This document shows, piece by piece, positions 17,499 through 26,542 of a DNA stretch of 64,000 nt. Source of the DNA: Lentisphaerae bacterium GWF2_45_14 (GTDB lineage: Bacteria > Verrucomicrobiota > Lentisphaeria > Victivallales > GWF2-45-14); NCBI GenBank assembly GCA_001804785.1, contig MHBG01000072.1, positions 53,002-117,001 on the forward strand, written 5' to 3'. The translations under genes and the position numbers were made by a program. Numbering within the stretch: the stretch's first letter is position 1; every line of letters begins with the position of its first letter. The notes under the pieces are model-generated. The model worked only from the letters and a program-made list of their open reading frames with translations, did no database searches and was not told where the DNA came from.

Positions 17499-18551
17499 AT
17501 GTGTATGGAGGATTTTTTGAAGAGCAGAGCGTTTATGATGGCAGTAATGGCAGCTGCAATGTTCGGGATGTCCATCCCGTTTTCAAAAACCTTGCTCTCA
17601 GACCTGCCGTTGACTCAGCTTGCAGGCCTCCTGTATCTTGGTGCGGGTATTTTTCTTCTTCCTTTTATAATCTGCAGAAAACGAACTGGGAATATAGTTT
17701 TTCCACGGGATTCCCGCAATCGACTTAATCTATTGGCTGCTATTTTCTTCGGTGGAATTATTGGGCCTATTTTGCTTCTGATCGGCTTGAAATGTTCGCT
17801 GTCGGCTTCTGTCTCAATGTGGCTGAATCTTGAATCCGTTGCCACTGCAGTGATTGCGTTTTTCCTTTTCCGTGAACATATGGGCAAGTGGACATGGATT
17901 GGCAATATCGGAGTTGTCATGTCCGGAATCCTGCTTAGTTTTAACGGGGGCTGGTCCGGCTGGATTGGCCTGCTTTGTATAAGCGGCGCGGCAATAGCAT
18001 GGGGCTTGGACAATAATTTTACTGCCGTGATTGACAGCATCAGCCCGGAGGCGAGCACATTCTGGAAAGGGGTGATTGCCGGTTCGATAAATTTAATTAT
18101 CGGAATTTCCTTTTTTACATGGCATATTTCTTCTGCTTGGTTCTGGGCTTTGTTACTGGGCGGGTTGTCTTATGGATTTAGTATCACTCTTTATATACGG
18201 GCGGCACAAGGATTAGGGGCTGTCCGGGCGCAGATGATATTTGCGTCGTCTCCATTTTTCGGCGTAGCCTTTTCGCTGATTTGGCTCAGGGAAGAGATAA
18301 GTGTAATTCAGATTTTTGCCGGAATAATTCTGGCGGCGGCAGTTGCGTTGATATTCGCCGATCGGCATGAGCATGTTCATTTACATGATGTGTTAAGCCA
18401 TGAACATGAACATATTCATAATGACAAGCATCACGGTCATGAACATCCAGTCATGCCGGATGGTTTTCACTCACACCCTCATGTCCATGAAGCACTCAGC
18501 CACACTCATCCCCACTGGCCTGATCTGCACCACCGTCACCATAATGCATAA
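17499..18551 (+). CDS. EamA/DMT-family transporter with a histidine-rich C-terminal tail
   Basis: About 10 predicted TM segments with two EamA-like halves. The last ~60 aa are HEHVHLHDVLSHEHEHIHNDKHHGHEHPVMPDGFHSHPHVHEALSHTHPHWPDLHHRHHNA. The start is uncertain: the track's 17442 overlaps the amidohydrolase, and ATGs at 17499 and 17505 are more plausible. Confidence 0.75.
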   Translation: MCMEDFLKSRAFMMAVMAAAMFGMSIPFSKTLLSDLPLTQLAGLLYLGAGIFLLPFIICRKRTGNIVFPRDSRNRLNLLAAIFFGGIIGPILLLIGLKCSLSASVSMWLNLESVATAVIAFFLFREHMGKWTWIGNIGVVMSGILLSFNGGWSGWIGLLCISGAAIAWGLDNNFTAVIDSISPEASTFWKGVIAGSINLIIGISFFTWHISSAWFWALLLGGLSYGFSITLYIRAAQGLGAVRAQMIFASSPFFGVAFSLIWLREEISVIQIFAGIILAAAVALIFADRHEHVHLHDVLSHEHEHIHNDKHHGHEHPVMPDGFHSHPHVHEALSHTHPHWPDLHHRHHNA

Positions 18552-18693
18552 ATCTAATTTTCAGTCATTATTATGCGTGTTCCAAGAGCGGTCTTTTTCA
18601 AAGAGTCGTCTGTAACAAAATCCGCTTGTTGATGGTTTTTCGCTTTAAGATTCGCAATCTTTTTAAAAAGCCGTGAATAAATGAATCAGCAGA

Positions 18694-19980
18694 TTACGCA
18701 ATAATACTAGAAAGGAACTCAATAGAAGCCTCCGCGGCCGCGTCAATCTCATCTTTTGTATGCGCGGCAGAAACAAAATTCAGTTCGAATTGTGATGGCG
18801 AAATATAAAACCCTCTTTGCAGCATAAAGTTAAAATATTCAGCAAAAAGGCCAGTATCGCAGGTCTTTACATCTTCAAGGTTTTTTAATGGTTTTTTGCC
18901 GCTGAAAAACAGTGTGAAAACTCCTCCATATACGGCACCGTGAGCCCCAATTCTGTGATCCCGTGCAAATTTATTGACCTTCATTGCGAAGCGTTCAGCG
19001 AGCTCCGCCATTTGGGGATAAGGATTAGTTTTGCGGAGTATTTCAAGCGTGGCAATGCCCGCAGCTAAGGCGACTGGATTTCCACTCAGAGTTCCCGCCT
19101 GATACACGTTGCCGAGAGGAGCAAGCATCTTCATGATTTTACGTCCTCCGGCTATCGCGCCAATGGGCATACCGCCCCCAATTATCTTGCCGAAAACACT
19201 GATATCCGGAAGTATTCCCGCAATCGAAGCATAGCTGCCTGCATGGAAACGGAATCCGGTAATAACTTCATCGAAAATGAGGCACGACCCATACTCAGAA
19301 CACAGTTCGCGCAGCGTTTCCAGAAAGCCTTTTCCCGGTAACACCAAACCCATATTCCCTGCGACGGGTTCAACGATCACCGCCGCTATTTTATCCCCAT
19401 TTTTCTTAAACGCGTTTCTGACTTCATTCGCCTTGTTGTAAGGAACTGTAATAACTTCAGATATTACGTTCGGGGTGACGCCTGCTGAAGACGGAATGGA
19501 GTTTGTCAACAAACCGCTGCCAGCGGATGAAAGCAGGCAATCCGCATGTCCATGATAAGAACCGCCAAATTTAAGGATATGGGTTCTTCCGGTAAACGCA
19601 CGCGCCAGGCGCAGGGCAGTCATGACCGCCTCTGTCCCTGAATTAACCATTCTGACCATATCAGCATAAGGGATCATTTTGCAAAAAAGTTCGGCCATCT
19701 CAACTTCGAGACGATTGCAGGCCCCGAAGCTCAATCCCTTCAGGGATGCCGCACGGACGGCTCTTACAACATCAGGATGAGCGTGGCCAAGTACCAGCGG
19801 GCCCCATGATCCGCAGAAATCAATATATTCCTTGCCGTCGGCATCATAAATTTTTGCCCCTTTCCCAGATTCGATATAAACGGGGTTGGAGCCGACGGAT
19901 TTAAATGAACGCACGGGACTGTTGACTCCCCCGGGGATATGTTTGACTGCGCGTTTGAAAAGTTTCTCGGAAATTTTCAT
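18694..19980 (-). CDS. hemL: Glutamate-1-semialdehyde 2,1-aminomutase
   Basis: 428 aa. Motifs HIPGGVNSPVRSF, DFCGSWGPLVLGH, FDEVITGFR and the FGKIIGGGMPIGA PLP-Lys context. Confidence 0.92.
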   Translation of the reverse strand: MKISEKLFKRAVKHIPGGVNSPVRSFKSVGSNPVYIESGKGAKIYDADGKEYIDFCGSWGPLVLGHAHPDVVRAVRAASLKGLSFGACNRLEVEMAELFCKMIPYADMVRMVNSGTEAVMTALRLARAFTGRTHILKFGGSYHGHADCLLSSAGSGLLTNSIPSSAGVTPNVISEVITVPYNKANEVRNAFKKNGDKIAAVIVEPVAGNMGLVLPGKGFLETLRELCSEYGSCLIFDEVITGFRFHAGSYASIAGILPDISVFGKIIGGGMPIGAIAGGRKIMKMLAPLGNVYQAGTLSGNPVALAAGIATLEILRKTNPYPQMAELAERFAMKVNKFARDHRIGAHGAVYGGVFTLFFSGKKPLKNLEDVKTCDTGLFAEYFNFMLQRGFYISPSQFELNFVSAAHTKDEIDAAAEASIEFLSSIIA

Positions 19981-19984
19981 CTAT

Positions 19985-20986
19985 TCAATCTTTCAAGAGT
20001 TGGTTATATTGATTGGCCCAGTATGAAATGATCAGATCGGCTCCCGCCCGGTCAATAGCCGCTGTCGATTCTCTTACCATCAGCCTCAGGTCACCCCATC
20101 CATTTTGGGCGGACGCGATAAGCATGGAGTATTCACCGCTGACGTTATAGGCGGCAATCGGCAAAAGAGATTCTGAGCGTATAGTACTGATAATATCCAG
20201 ATAAAAAAGAGATGGCTTGACCATGAGCATATCAGCACCTTCCACTTCATCAAAAAAAGATTCTCTTATGGCTGCTCGCGGGTTCTGGTAGTCGGCCTGA
20301 TATCCCTTGCGGTCCCCGGCTGATGGAGAGGACGCCGCCGCTTCCCGGAACGGACCATAAAAACTCGAAGCAAATTTTGTTGAATAGCTCAACAACAAGG
20401 TATCTGTAAATCCAGAGGAATCCAATGCCCCGCGGATTGCGGACACCTGCCCGTCCATCATTGCGCTTGGAGCTACGCAATCGGCTCCGGCCTCAACGTG
20501 ACTCAGCGCCATTTTTGCCAATAGCTCCAGACTTGGATCATTTTCCACAATACCTTTTTCATTCAATAAGCCGCAGTGACCATGAGATGTGTACTCGCAC
20601 ACGCATATATCAGTGAAAACCATGAGCTCGGAAGAAAAGGTGCCTTTAAGTTTGCGTACCGCCGTTTGAACAATGCCATCCGGGCAACAGGCGTAGGAAG
20701 CATCGGGTGACTTGTGTTCCACGGGCGGGACACCGAAAAGCATCACCGCTTTTATTCCCATATTTTTTACTTCGAGCACCGCATCGACAAGCTTGTCAAC
20801 TGAATAGCGGAATTGTCCGGGCATCGCATCAATAGGCTGTTTTATATTTTCGCCCTCGACAACAAAGACCGGCCAGATGAACTTTTCGGGTCCGGGCATT
20901 GGATTTGCCAGCATGCTGCGTATTGTTTCGGAGGCACGAAGACGGCGGAGCCGTAAATCAGGAAATGAACCGGTCTTTTTATTCAC
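19985..20986 (-). CDS. hemB: Porphobilinogen synthase (ALA dehydratase)
   Basis: 333 aa with a GTG start. Motifs RLRRLR, the Zn-type cysteine cluster DICVCEYTSHGHCG, APSAMMDGQV, MVKPSLFYLDI and YNVSGEY. Confidence 0.92.
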   Translation of the reverse strand: MNKKTGSFPDLRLRRLRASETIRSMLANPMPGPEKFIWPVFVVEGENIKQPIDAMPGQFRYSVDKLVDAVLEVKNMGIKAVMLFGVPPVEHKSPDASYACCPDGIVQTAVRKLKGTFSSELMVFTDICVCEYTSHGHCGLLNEKGIVENDPSLELLAKMALSHVEAGADCVAPSAMMDGQVSAIRGALDSSGFTDTLLLSYSTKFASSFYGPFREAAASSPSAGDRKGYQADYQNPRAAIRESFFDEVEGADMLMVKPSLFYLDIISTIRSESLLPIAAYNVSGEYSMLIASAQNGWGDLRLMVRESTAAIDRAGADLIISYWANQYNQLLKD

Positions 20987-20995
20987 AAATTTCCC

Positions 20996-23131
20996 TCAGT
21001 TTAATATTTCAAGAATTTTACAGTTGATTTTCCAGGAAGCAAGCGTTGAAACCATAGACGAAACAGTAGCTTCAGAACTTATCAGCGGATTGAAATGCTC
21101 ATTTTTATTTCCAAGTGATTTAAATGTCGGTTCGCCTATCGACATTGCCGCCTTTCCCCGCAGAGCTTCAATGGTAAAGGATTTTATAAAGGCATCAACG
21201 CCTGAGGGACTGGTAAAGAGGGCCGCATCAAAATCGGGAAGAGTGCTGTAATTCAGAGGACTATTGTTGTAAAAATGAAATTCCTCCAGCGCCGGAAAAG
21301 CATCTCTCATCTTGTTAGTGGCCCGGGATAAAGCCTTGTCTGAACACAATTTAATCATTCGCTCTCCGGCTTTTAAGCGTTTTTTTAATGCGACAATAAG
21401 TCCTTCAGTTCCAAAGTTTTCCTCTGTACAAATGGCCGGATATATATGTTTTTCGCTGAAAACCGCCGCCGTCCCGAGGCCGCAGATTGCGATTTGGGGG
21501 AGCTTTCGGATATCTGTAGACGTTTTTTCCATTAGTTCTATCAGGAGTACGGCGCATGATGGAGATGGAACAATCAGCCAGTCGACATTCAGAATGTATT
21601 CCAAATGCGACTGGGCATCGGGGGCGAGACTCAATTCTATCATAGGCAAAAATATTGCTTCGGCACCAAACATTTCAATACTTTGCGCCGCTTCTCCGAA
21701 CAAACGGCGACTTCCCGTAAACAATATCTTCATGCCGCCCAAGGCACCGTAACTGGAATAAAGGAAACGGCTGTCAGCGTTTTTCCCGGCTATGATAATA
21801 CCGGGACAGGAATTATTCTTCACGGTCGGATTTTCGGCGATATCATCAAGGGTGCCGCATGCAATGATTGGCGATGGCGAGCCTGCGTTATACACGACCG
21901 CGACCGGAAGGCTTCCCGGACAACCGTCTTTCTTGAGAGCAACAGAAATTTCATTTATATCAGTCGCCCCCATAAAATAGACCTGCGGAAAGCTTTTTCG
22001 TTCGTCTTCTGAAAACCATTCGATGTCTCCTGTCCCCGATTTTCTGGGAGTCGCCACTGTAAATCCCCTTGAAAGTCCCCGCCGAGTGAGGAGAAGACCT
22101 GTGGATGTAGTCGCGGCGCTCAAGCTTGTAACACCGGGAAGCACTTTGAAAGGGAATTCAAGGTCGTCCATTATGCTGAGTTCTTCGGCAAGTCTGCCGA
22201 AGATGCCGGGGTCGCCGCCCTTCAGCCTGACAACGGATTTCCCTTTACGGGCATAAGCGGCAATAAGGGTACAGATTTCCTCCTGCGAATGTGAATGTGC
22301 CCCTTTTCTTTTTCCTGCAAATAAACGTTCAGCCGTTTGCGGCGTATATTCAAGGAGTTCCGCAGGACACAATGCATCATAAAGGCAGACATCGCACGAC
22401 TTGAGCGCATTTACCACAGCGACGGTAGCATTATTCGCAGAACCTGAACCAGCTCCTGCGAAGATAACTGGTTTGACGAAAAGTTTTCTTATGAGGTTGA
22501 ATATCCTGTCGCCTTTTCTAAACGTTACGGCGAGGTAACCCTGACCTTCCGGCGGAGTCAGTTCTTCAAGCGGAATAAATTCTGTAATCCTATGTGACAA
22601 ATTAATCCTGTTCAGACCCGCCGCAGCCATAATAAGTAAATCATATTTGCCTTCGTCAAGCTGGGCTATGCGCTGTTCGATATCGCCTCTTATCGAAAGT
22701 ATGTTGCCTTCAGGAAAGCGCTGGCGGCAGTATTCCTCTCTACGCGCACTGCTGATTCCGATTCGTGGCTTTCGTGGTATTTCTCCATCGCTTTGGGGAA
22801 GAATGACGGCGTCTCGTGGGTCTTCTCGCCAGGGCAGTCGGAAAAAGTCAAGCCCTTCTCTAAGCTGTTCAGGCATGTCTTTGGCGCTATGAACGGCACA
22901 GTCGATCTCTCCTGCCGTTATGGTATCGTCCAGGTCTCTGGTAAAGAAATCCGGCGGAGTCTCACGGATATCAGTGATTTTATCCCTGTCGCCGGGCGAG
23001 GATATCTGTATAGTTTTGAAGTTTAATGAAGGGAGAAGCTTTCGCAGCCTATTCAATGCGTTTTCTGTCTGCGCGAGAGAAAGCCTGCTTGGTCTGGTGC
23101 CCGTCAATAAAACCTTTGATAAATTTTTCAT
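20996..23131 (-). CDS. Tri-domain fusion: HemC-like (domains 1-2 only) :: uroporphyrinogen-III C-methyltransferase (CobA/SUMT) :: uroporphyrinogen-III synthase (HemD)
   Basis: One uninterrupted ORF. N-terminal ~225 aa: TRPSRLSLAQTE...ISSPGDRD...IDCAVHSAKDMP...REDPRDA...SSARREEY...IRGDIEQRIAQLDEGKYDLLIMAAAGLNRI...PPEGQGYLAV (HemC). Middle: VIFAGAGSGS...CLYDAL...VVRLKGGDPGIFGRLAEE...VLPGVTS (SUMT). C-terminal ~250 aa are HemD-like. The track start 23152 is TTG; the first ATG is 23131. Confidence 0.85.
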   Translation of the reverse strand: MKNLSKVLLTGTRPSRLSLAQTENALNRLRKLLPSLNFKTIQISSPGDRDKITDIRETPPDFFTRDLDDTITAGEIDCAVHSAKDMPEQLREGLDFFRLPWREDPRDAVILPQSDGEIPRKPRIGISSARREEYCRQRFPEGNILSIRGDIEQRIAQLDEGKYDLLIMAAAGLNRINLSHRITEFIPLEELTPPEGQGYLAVTFRKGDRIFNLIRKLFVKPVIFAGAGSGSANNATVAVVNALKSCDVCLYDALCPAELLEYTPQTAERLFAGKRKGAHSHSQEEICTLIAAYARKGKSVVRLKGGDPGIFGRLAEELSIMDDLEFPFKVLPGVTSLSAATTSTGLLLTRRGLSRGFTVATPRKSGTGDIEWFSEDERKSFPQVYFMGATDINEISVALKKDGCPGSLPVAVVYNAGSPSPIIACGTLDDIAENPTVKNNSCPGIIIAGKNADSRFLYSSYGALGGMKILFTGSRRLFGEAAQSIEMFGAEAIFLPMIELSLAPDAQSHLEYILNVDWLIVPSPSCAVLLIELMEKTSTDIRKLPQIAICGLGTAAVFSEKHIYPAICTEENFGTEGLIVALKKRLKAGERMIKLCSDKALSRATNKMRDAFPALEEFHFYNNSPLNYSTLPDFDAALFTSPSGVDAFIKSFTIEALRGKAAMSIGEPTFKSLGNKNEHFNPLISSEATVSSMVSTLASWKINCKILEILN

Positions 23132-24548
23132 AAGTATCTCTATGTTCGTCAATAATCTTTTCAGCTTTTGCGAATACCTGCACCATATCGCAGGTATTGC
23201 GGCTATGCCAGTGCTTCAGATCTTCGATGTTTGTAAATTTTACGTCCTTGCGGAGTTCTGCCAGATTTTTAGATATATTTCTGGGCATGCCCAGATCGAT
23301 TACTTCCGCTCCCGGCTTGAAATATTTATCGAGAATTCCGCATATGGTCGGTTTGTCAAGGGAAAGCGCAGTGATCAGAATATCTGTCTCCGGAAGTACC
23401 CTGCCCAAATCATCAAGGCTGAGAATGTTGACATCCGGATCTTTGTCCGTCGGGCGTTTTGAATGATAAACCCATGTGATTCTGGATTTTTTTTCAAGAA
23501 ATATGTTTTTTATGTTCTTGCCGACAACACCCGTTCCTATTATGGTAATGCGGCGATTGCGGAAATCAGGCATTTTTGATGCTATAAAGTTCATTGCGAT
23601 ATCTTCGATCTCAATTTCTTTAAGCAGATCTGAAGTTTCATTTCGTATATGCTTTGTCACGTGAAGCACATTGTTTTGCAAGACATGAAAAACCGGGCCC
23701 GCCCAGTTCTTTTTCTGTGCATAAACGCAGGCATTTTTAAACTGCGCCGTTATGTTATTTTCTCCGGGGGTTTGAGAGTAAAGGCCTGAAGTGCAAAGGC
23801 AGAGATGCTTAAAAGCGTCGTAGGCGGTTTTTATGTAGTACTCTTCTTTTGCCAGGGAATCAAATCTCAGAATCGTTGTAAGGATGTCGATAAGCGGCGA
23901 ACTGTTTCGGGCGGCGGCGATGAATTCTATCCGGTTGCATGTATTCAAAAGGACGAAACCCTGAATTCCCCATATATTCATAATCATTTCGCCGGCATGG
24001 TCGAATCGCAAGCCCGAAAGGTGCAAAGACTCACGCATTTTCAGGGGCAGAATCCTCTGGTCGGTCCCAATCACTATAAGTTCCGTATTTTCTACTGATT
24101 CGATATGCCTGGCCAAGTTTTCTTTTATGAGTTTTGTTTTACGGCATGCTGTGCCCTGACTTGAAACAGAAATGGTGATTTCCTTGTGTCGGATGCTCGC
24201 GGGAGTGATGAAAGAACCCTTTTGCCAACCCTTGTCGACGGCGCAGGCCAGTATTTTTGCATTTTCCGCAAGCATAATGATTTTGTTATTAAGGGCATGG
24301 TCATCTGTCGCCGCGTACACGAGGAACATTCCGTCGAGATCGGAATCCCTGAAGGGGCGTTCATTGAGAGTAAGAAGACTGCTGTCGGCAAGCTCCCTTA
24401 TGCGTGCCGACGGCTCTGTCGCGACAACGGTCACTTCGGCAGCAAAGTCCAGAAGTTTCAGAACCTTCCTCAACGCCACTTTGCCGCCGCCGAGCACCAA
24501 GCATTTTTTTCCGTTCAGCAATAAGTTGACGGGGTAAGCTGTAATCAT
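23049..24548 (-). CDS. Fusion: siroheme-synthase N-domain (precorrin-2 dehydrogenase/ferrochelatase, SirC/CysG-N/Met8-like) :: glutamyl-tRNA reductase (HemA)
   Basis: aa 1-150: NGKKCLVLGGGKVALRKVLKLLDFAAEVTVVA...LVYAATDDHALNNKI (CysG-N Rossmann). From about aa 155: LIVIGTDQRILPLKMRE...LLNTCNRIEFI (HemA active-site Cys motif) and IIGTGVVGKN (NADPH site). Confidence 0.85.
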   Translation of the reverse strand: MITAYPVNLLLNGKKCLVLGGGKVALRKVLKLLDFAAEVTVVATEPSARIRELADSSLLTLNERPFRDSDLDGMFLVYAATDDHALNNKIIMLAENAKILACAVDKGWQKGSFITPASIRHKEITISVSSQGTACRKTKLIKENLARHIESVENTELIVIGTDQRILPLKMRESLHLSGLRFDHAGEMIMNIWGIQGFVLLNTCNRIEFIAAARNSSPLIDILTTILRFDSLAKEEYYIKTAYDAFKHLCLCTSGLYSQTPGENNITAQFKNACVYAQKKNWAGPVFHVLQNNVLHVTKHIRNETSDLLKEIEIEDIAMNFIASKMPDFRNRRITIIGTGVVGKNIKNIFLEKKSRITWVYHSKRPTDKDPDVNILSLDDLGRVLPETDILITALSLDKPTICGILDKYFKPGAEVIDLGMPRNISKNLAELRKDVKFTNIEDLKHWHSRNTCDMVQVFAKAEKIIDEHRDTYEKFIKGFIDGHQTKQAFSRADRKRIE

Positions 24549-24568
24549 TTAAATTTGAACTTTATTTT

Positions 24569-24826
24569 TCACTCAGAAGCAAAAGAAGGTTGAGTTTTGG
24601 TATTCACGGGACTTATTTCTTCCATTGATTTCCCGAATTTTATTCTGTTCCACCCGCGTTCATGTAGATAATATAGGAACATTTTTGTGAATAACTCGAA
24701 AACCCCGATGGAAACCGCGATGCTGATTTTTCCACTGATAATCCACGATAGGATAATAGTGTCCAATGTCCCGATCAGTCGCCAGGAAATTGCTTTCAAT
24801 ATGCTCCGTAATTGTTTTTCTTTCAT
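24569..24826 (-). CDS. Small DUF2061-like membrane protein
   Basis: 85 aa. KAISWRLIGTLDTIILSWIISG... resembles the DUF2061 signature I recall as often adjacent or fused to sulfate-activation genes. Two predicted TM helices. Confidence 0.55.
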   Translation of the reverse strand: MKEKQLRSILKAISWRLIGTLDTIILSWIISGKISIAVSIGVFELFTKMFLYYLHERGWNRIKFGKSMEEISPVNTKTQPSFASE

Positions 24827-24886
24827 AAGCTGTTCCGTAAATATTAAATTAAATCAAGTTTATTTTTATAATCCGGACAATAGTCC

Positions 24887-26500
24887 TTAAATATCAAATT
24901 TATAAAAGTTATTTATGTTATTTGCCCCAATACTCAAAACATAATCTAAAAATGTCTCAGGACGGCCGCTCAGCTTTAAATAACTGGCGACAAGTTCTTT
25001 AATAAATGCTTGCAAATGCTCCGCACGTATATGAAAATCATCTTTTGTGACTGCCAGCCTGCTTTTTTCCGCTTCCTGACATCCACCGGTGAAAACCCTG
25101 AAACACGCTTCAGATTGACCATCTATGTTACGCTTCATCCCTTCAAAGCCAAGAGGCGCCGCGACATGTCCAGCACATGAGTTTGGACAGCCGGATATTC
25201 TTATCGAATCAATTATCTGTAATTTATCCTGTGTGGAAACATTCGAAAATCCCTCAAAAAATACGTCAAGACTGCGCGATAACTCGGACGCAAATTTTGC
25301 GGAGTCAAGGATTCCTATTTTGCATACCTCGGCGCCGATGCATGAAACTATCTTGCAACGCAATGACGCATGCAGGAAAATGGAAAGATTTCCGCTTCGC
25401 AATTCCTCATAAATATACGGCAGAGCCGTCCTGTGAACTCGCGGAAGTAAAATATCCTGAGAACGCAGCAGTCTGATGACGCCCCCTGAGTATTTGGCCG
25501 CCAAATCCGAAAACGGAATCAAATGCCGTGTTTCAATATTTCCGCCCGGCACAACGATTTTTAATGAATAAATATCTTTCACTCCGGTCGCGTGTGCGCA
25601 ATGCTCAAGCCATTTGGCATATAGCGTATCTTTTTGTGTCTTTTCTTCAAATATGGGAACATTAGATATTTTTTCATCAATATCGAAGACCTTTTCTCCG
25701 TTGTCTACATTCGATTTTTCAAAATACTGGAGGAACATCTCCACGAATTTCTGTTCGCCAAGTCTGTTCAATACAAAGCGAAGCCTGGCCTCGCTGCGTT
25801 TTTCTCTGTTCCCATGGTCATTGAACAGTTCAATTCCGGCCGCGGCGCATCTGAATATTTCCCGCTCCGGAAGCGCTGAAAATATCTTAACGCCTTTTCT
25901 GCTTTCACGGCCCAGCCCACCTCCTGCATATACGTCAAACGCCTTTTTATTTCCAAGTTTGACTGCATTGAATGAAAGATCCTGGAACAGTGACGCATTG
26001 TTCTTATTTGTCCCCGGGAAAAATCCGATTTTAATTTTGCGCGGCAACCCGAATGCGTGATCATAGCCAAGAATGAATCTGTTCAGCGCGAATGCATGGG
26101 GGCGCACATCAAAAACAGCATCAGGCGAAATATCTGAGTATTCATCCACCATTATGTTCCTGAATGTGTCTCCTCCTCCCCCGCGAAACGGAAATCCCTT
26201 CTTCACGGACTGAATAACTGCCGGATAGATATTTTTAAGCTGAACATCATGCATCTGGATATCCTGTCTTGTCGTTATATGGGCATTATGAATATCGTTA
26301 TCTTGGCATATTTCAGCCAATCTCGACAGTCCGGGGGCATGAATATCTCCGCCGGTTACCCTGACCCTTATCATGAACAAAGCATTTTTCTGTTCGTATA
26401 TGCCAAGGGGGGCGCTGACTTTTTTGAAATCCGCGGGCGTTATAGAATTCTGCGTCAATGATTCTATTTTTTCTCTGAGCAATTGATAATCAGTATCCAT
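24887..26500 (-). CDS. Assimilatory sulfite reductase hemoprotein (siroheme/[4Fe-4S], nitrite/sulfite reductase family)
   Basis: 537 aa. Cluster/siroheme cysteine motifs VSCIGAEVCKIG (C-x5-C) and SGCPNSCAGH (C-x3-C). Located between the cysN and siroheme genes. Confidence 0.8.
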   Translation of the reverse strand: MDTDYQLLREKIESLTQNSITPADFKKVSAPLGIYEQKNALFMIRVRVTGGDIHAPGLSRLAEICQDNDIHNAHITTRQDIQMHDVQLKNIYPAVIQSVKKGFPFRGGGGDTFRNIMVDEYSDISPDAVFDVRPHAFALNRFILGYDHAFGLPRKIKIGFFPGTNKNNASLFQDLSFNAVKLGNKKAFDVYAGGGLGRESRKGVKIFSALPEREIFRCAAAGIELFNDHGNREKRSEARLRFVLNRLGEQKFVEMFLQYFEKSNVDNGEKVFDIDEKISNVPIFEEKTQKDTLYAKWLEHCAHATGVKDIYSLKIVVPGGNIETRHLIPFSDLAAKYSGGVIRLLRSQDILLPRVHRTALPYIYEELRSGNLSIFLHASLRCKIVSCIGAEVCKIGILDSAKFASELSRSLDVFFEGFSNVSTQDKLQIIDSIRISGCPNSCAGHVAAPLGFEGMKRNIDGQSEACFRVFTGGCQEAEKSRLAVTKDDFHIRAEHLQAFIKELVASYLKLSGRPETFLDYVLSIGANNINNFYKFDI

Positions 26501-26542
26501 TTATCTTTCTCCGTGTTAAAATGCTTCCCAATCCTGTTCTTT

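Noticed and set aside
22920-23462. 180-aa + strand ORF across the hemA/hemC junction
   Set aside because: It is antisense to two strongly supported minus-strand genes and is low-complexity with no motifs.
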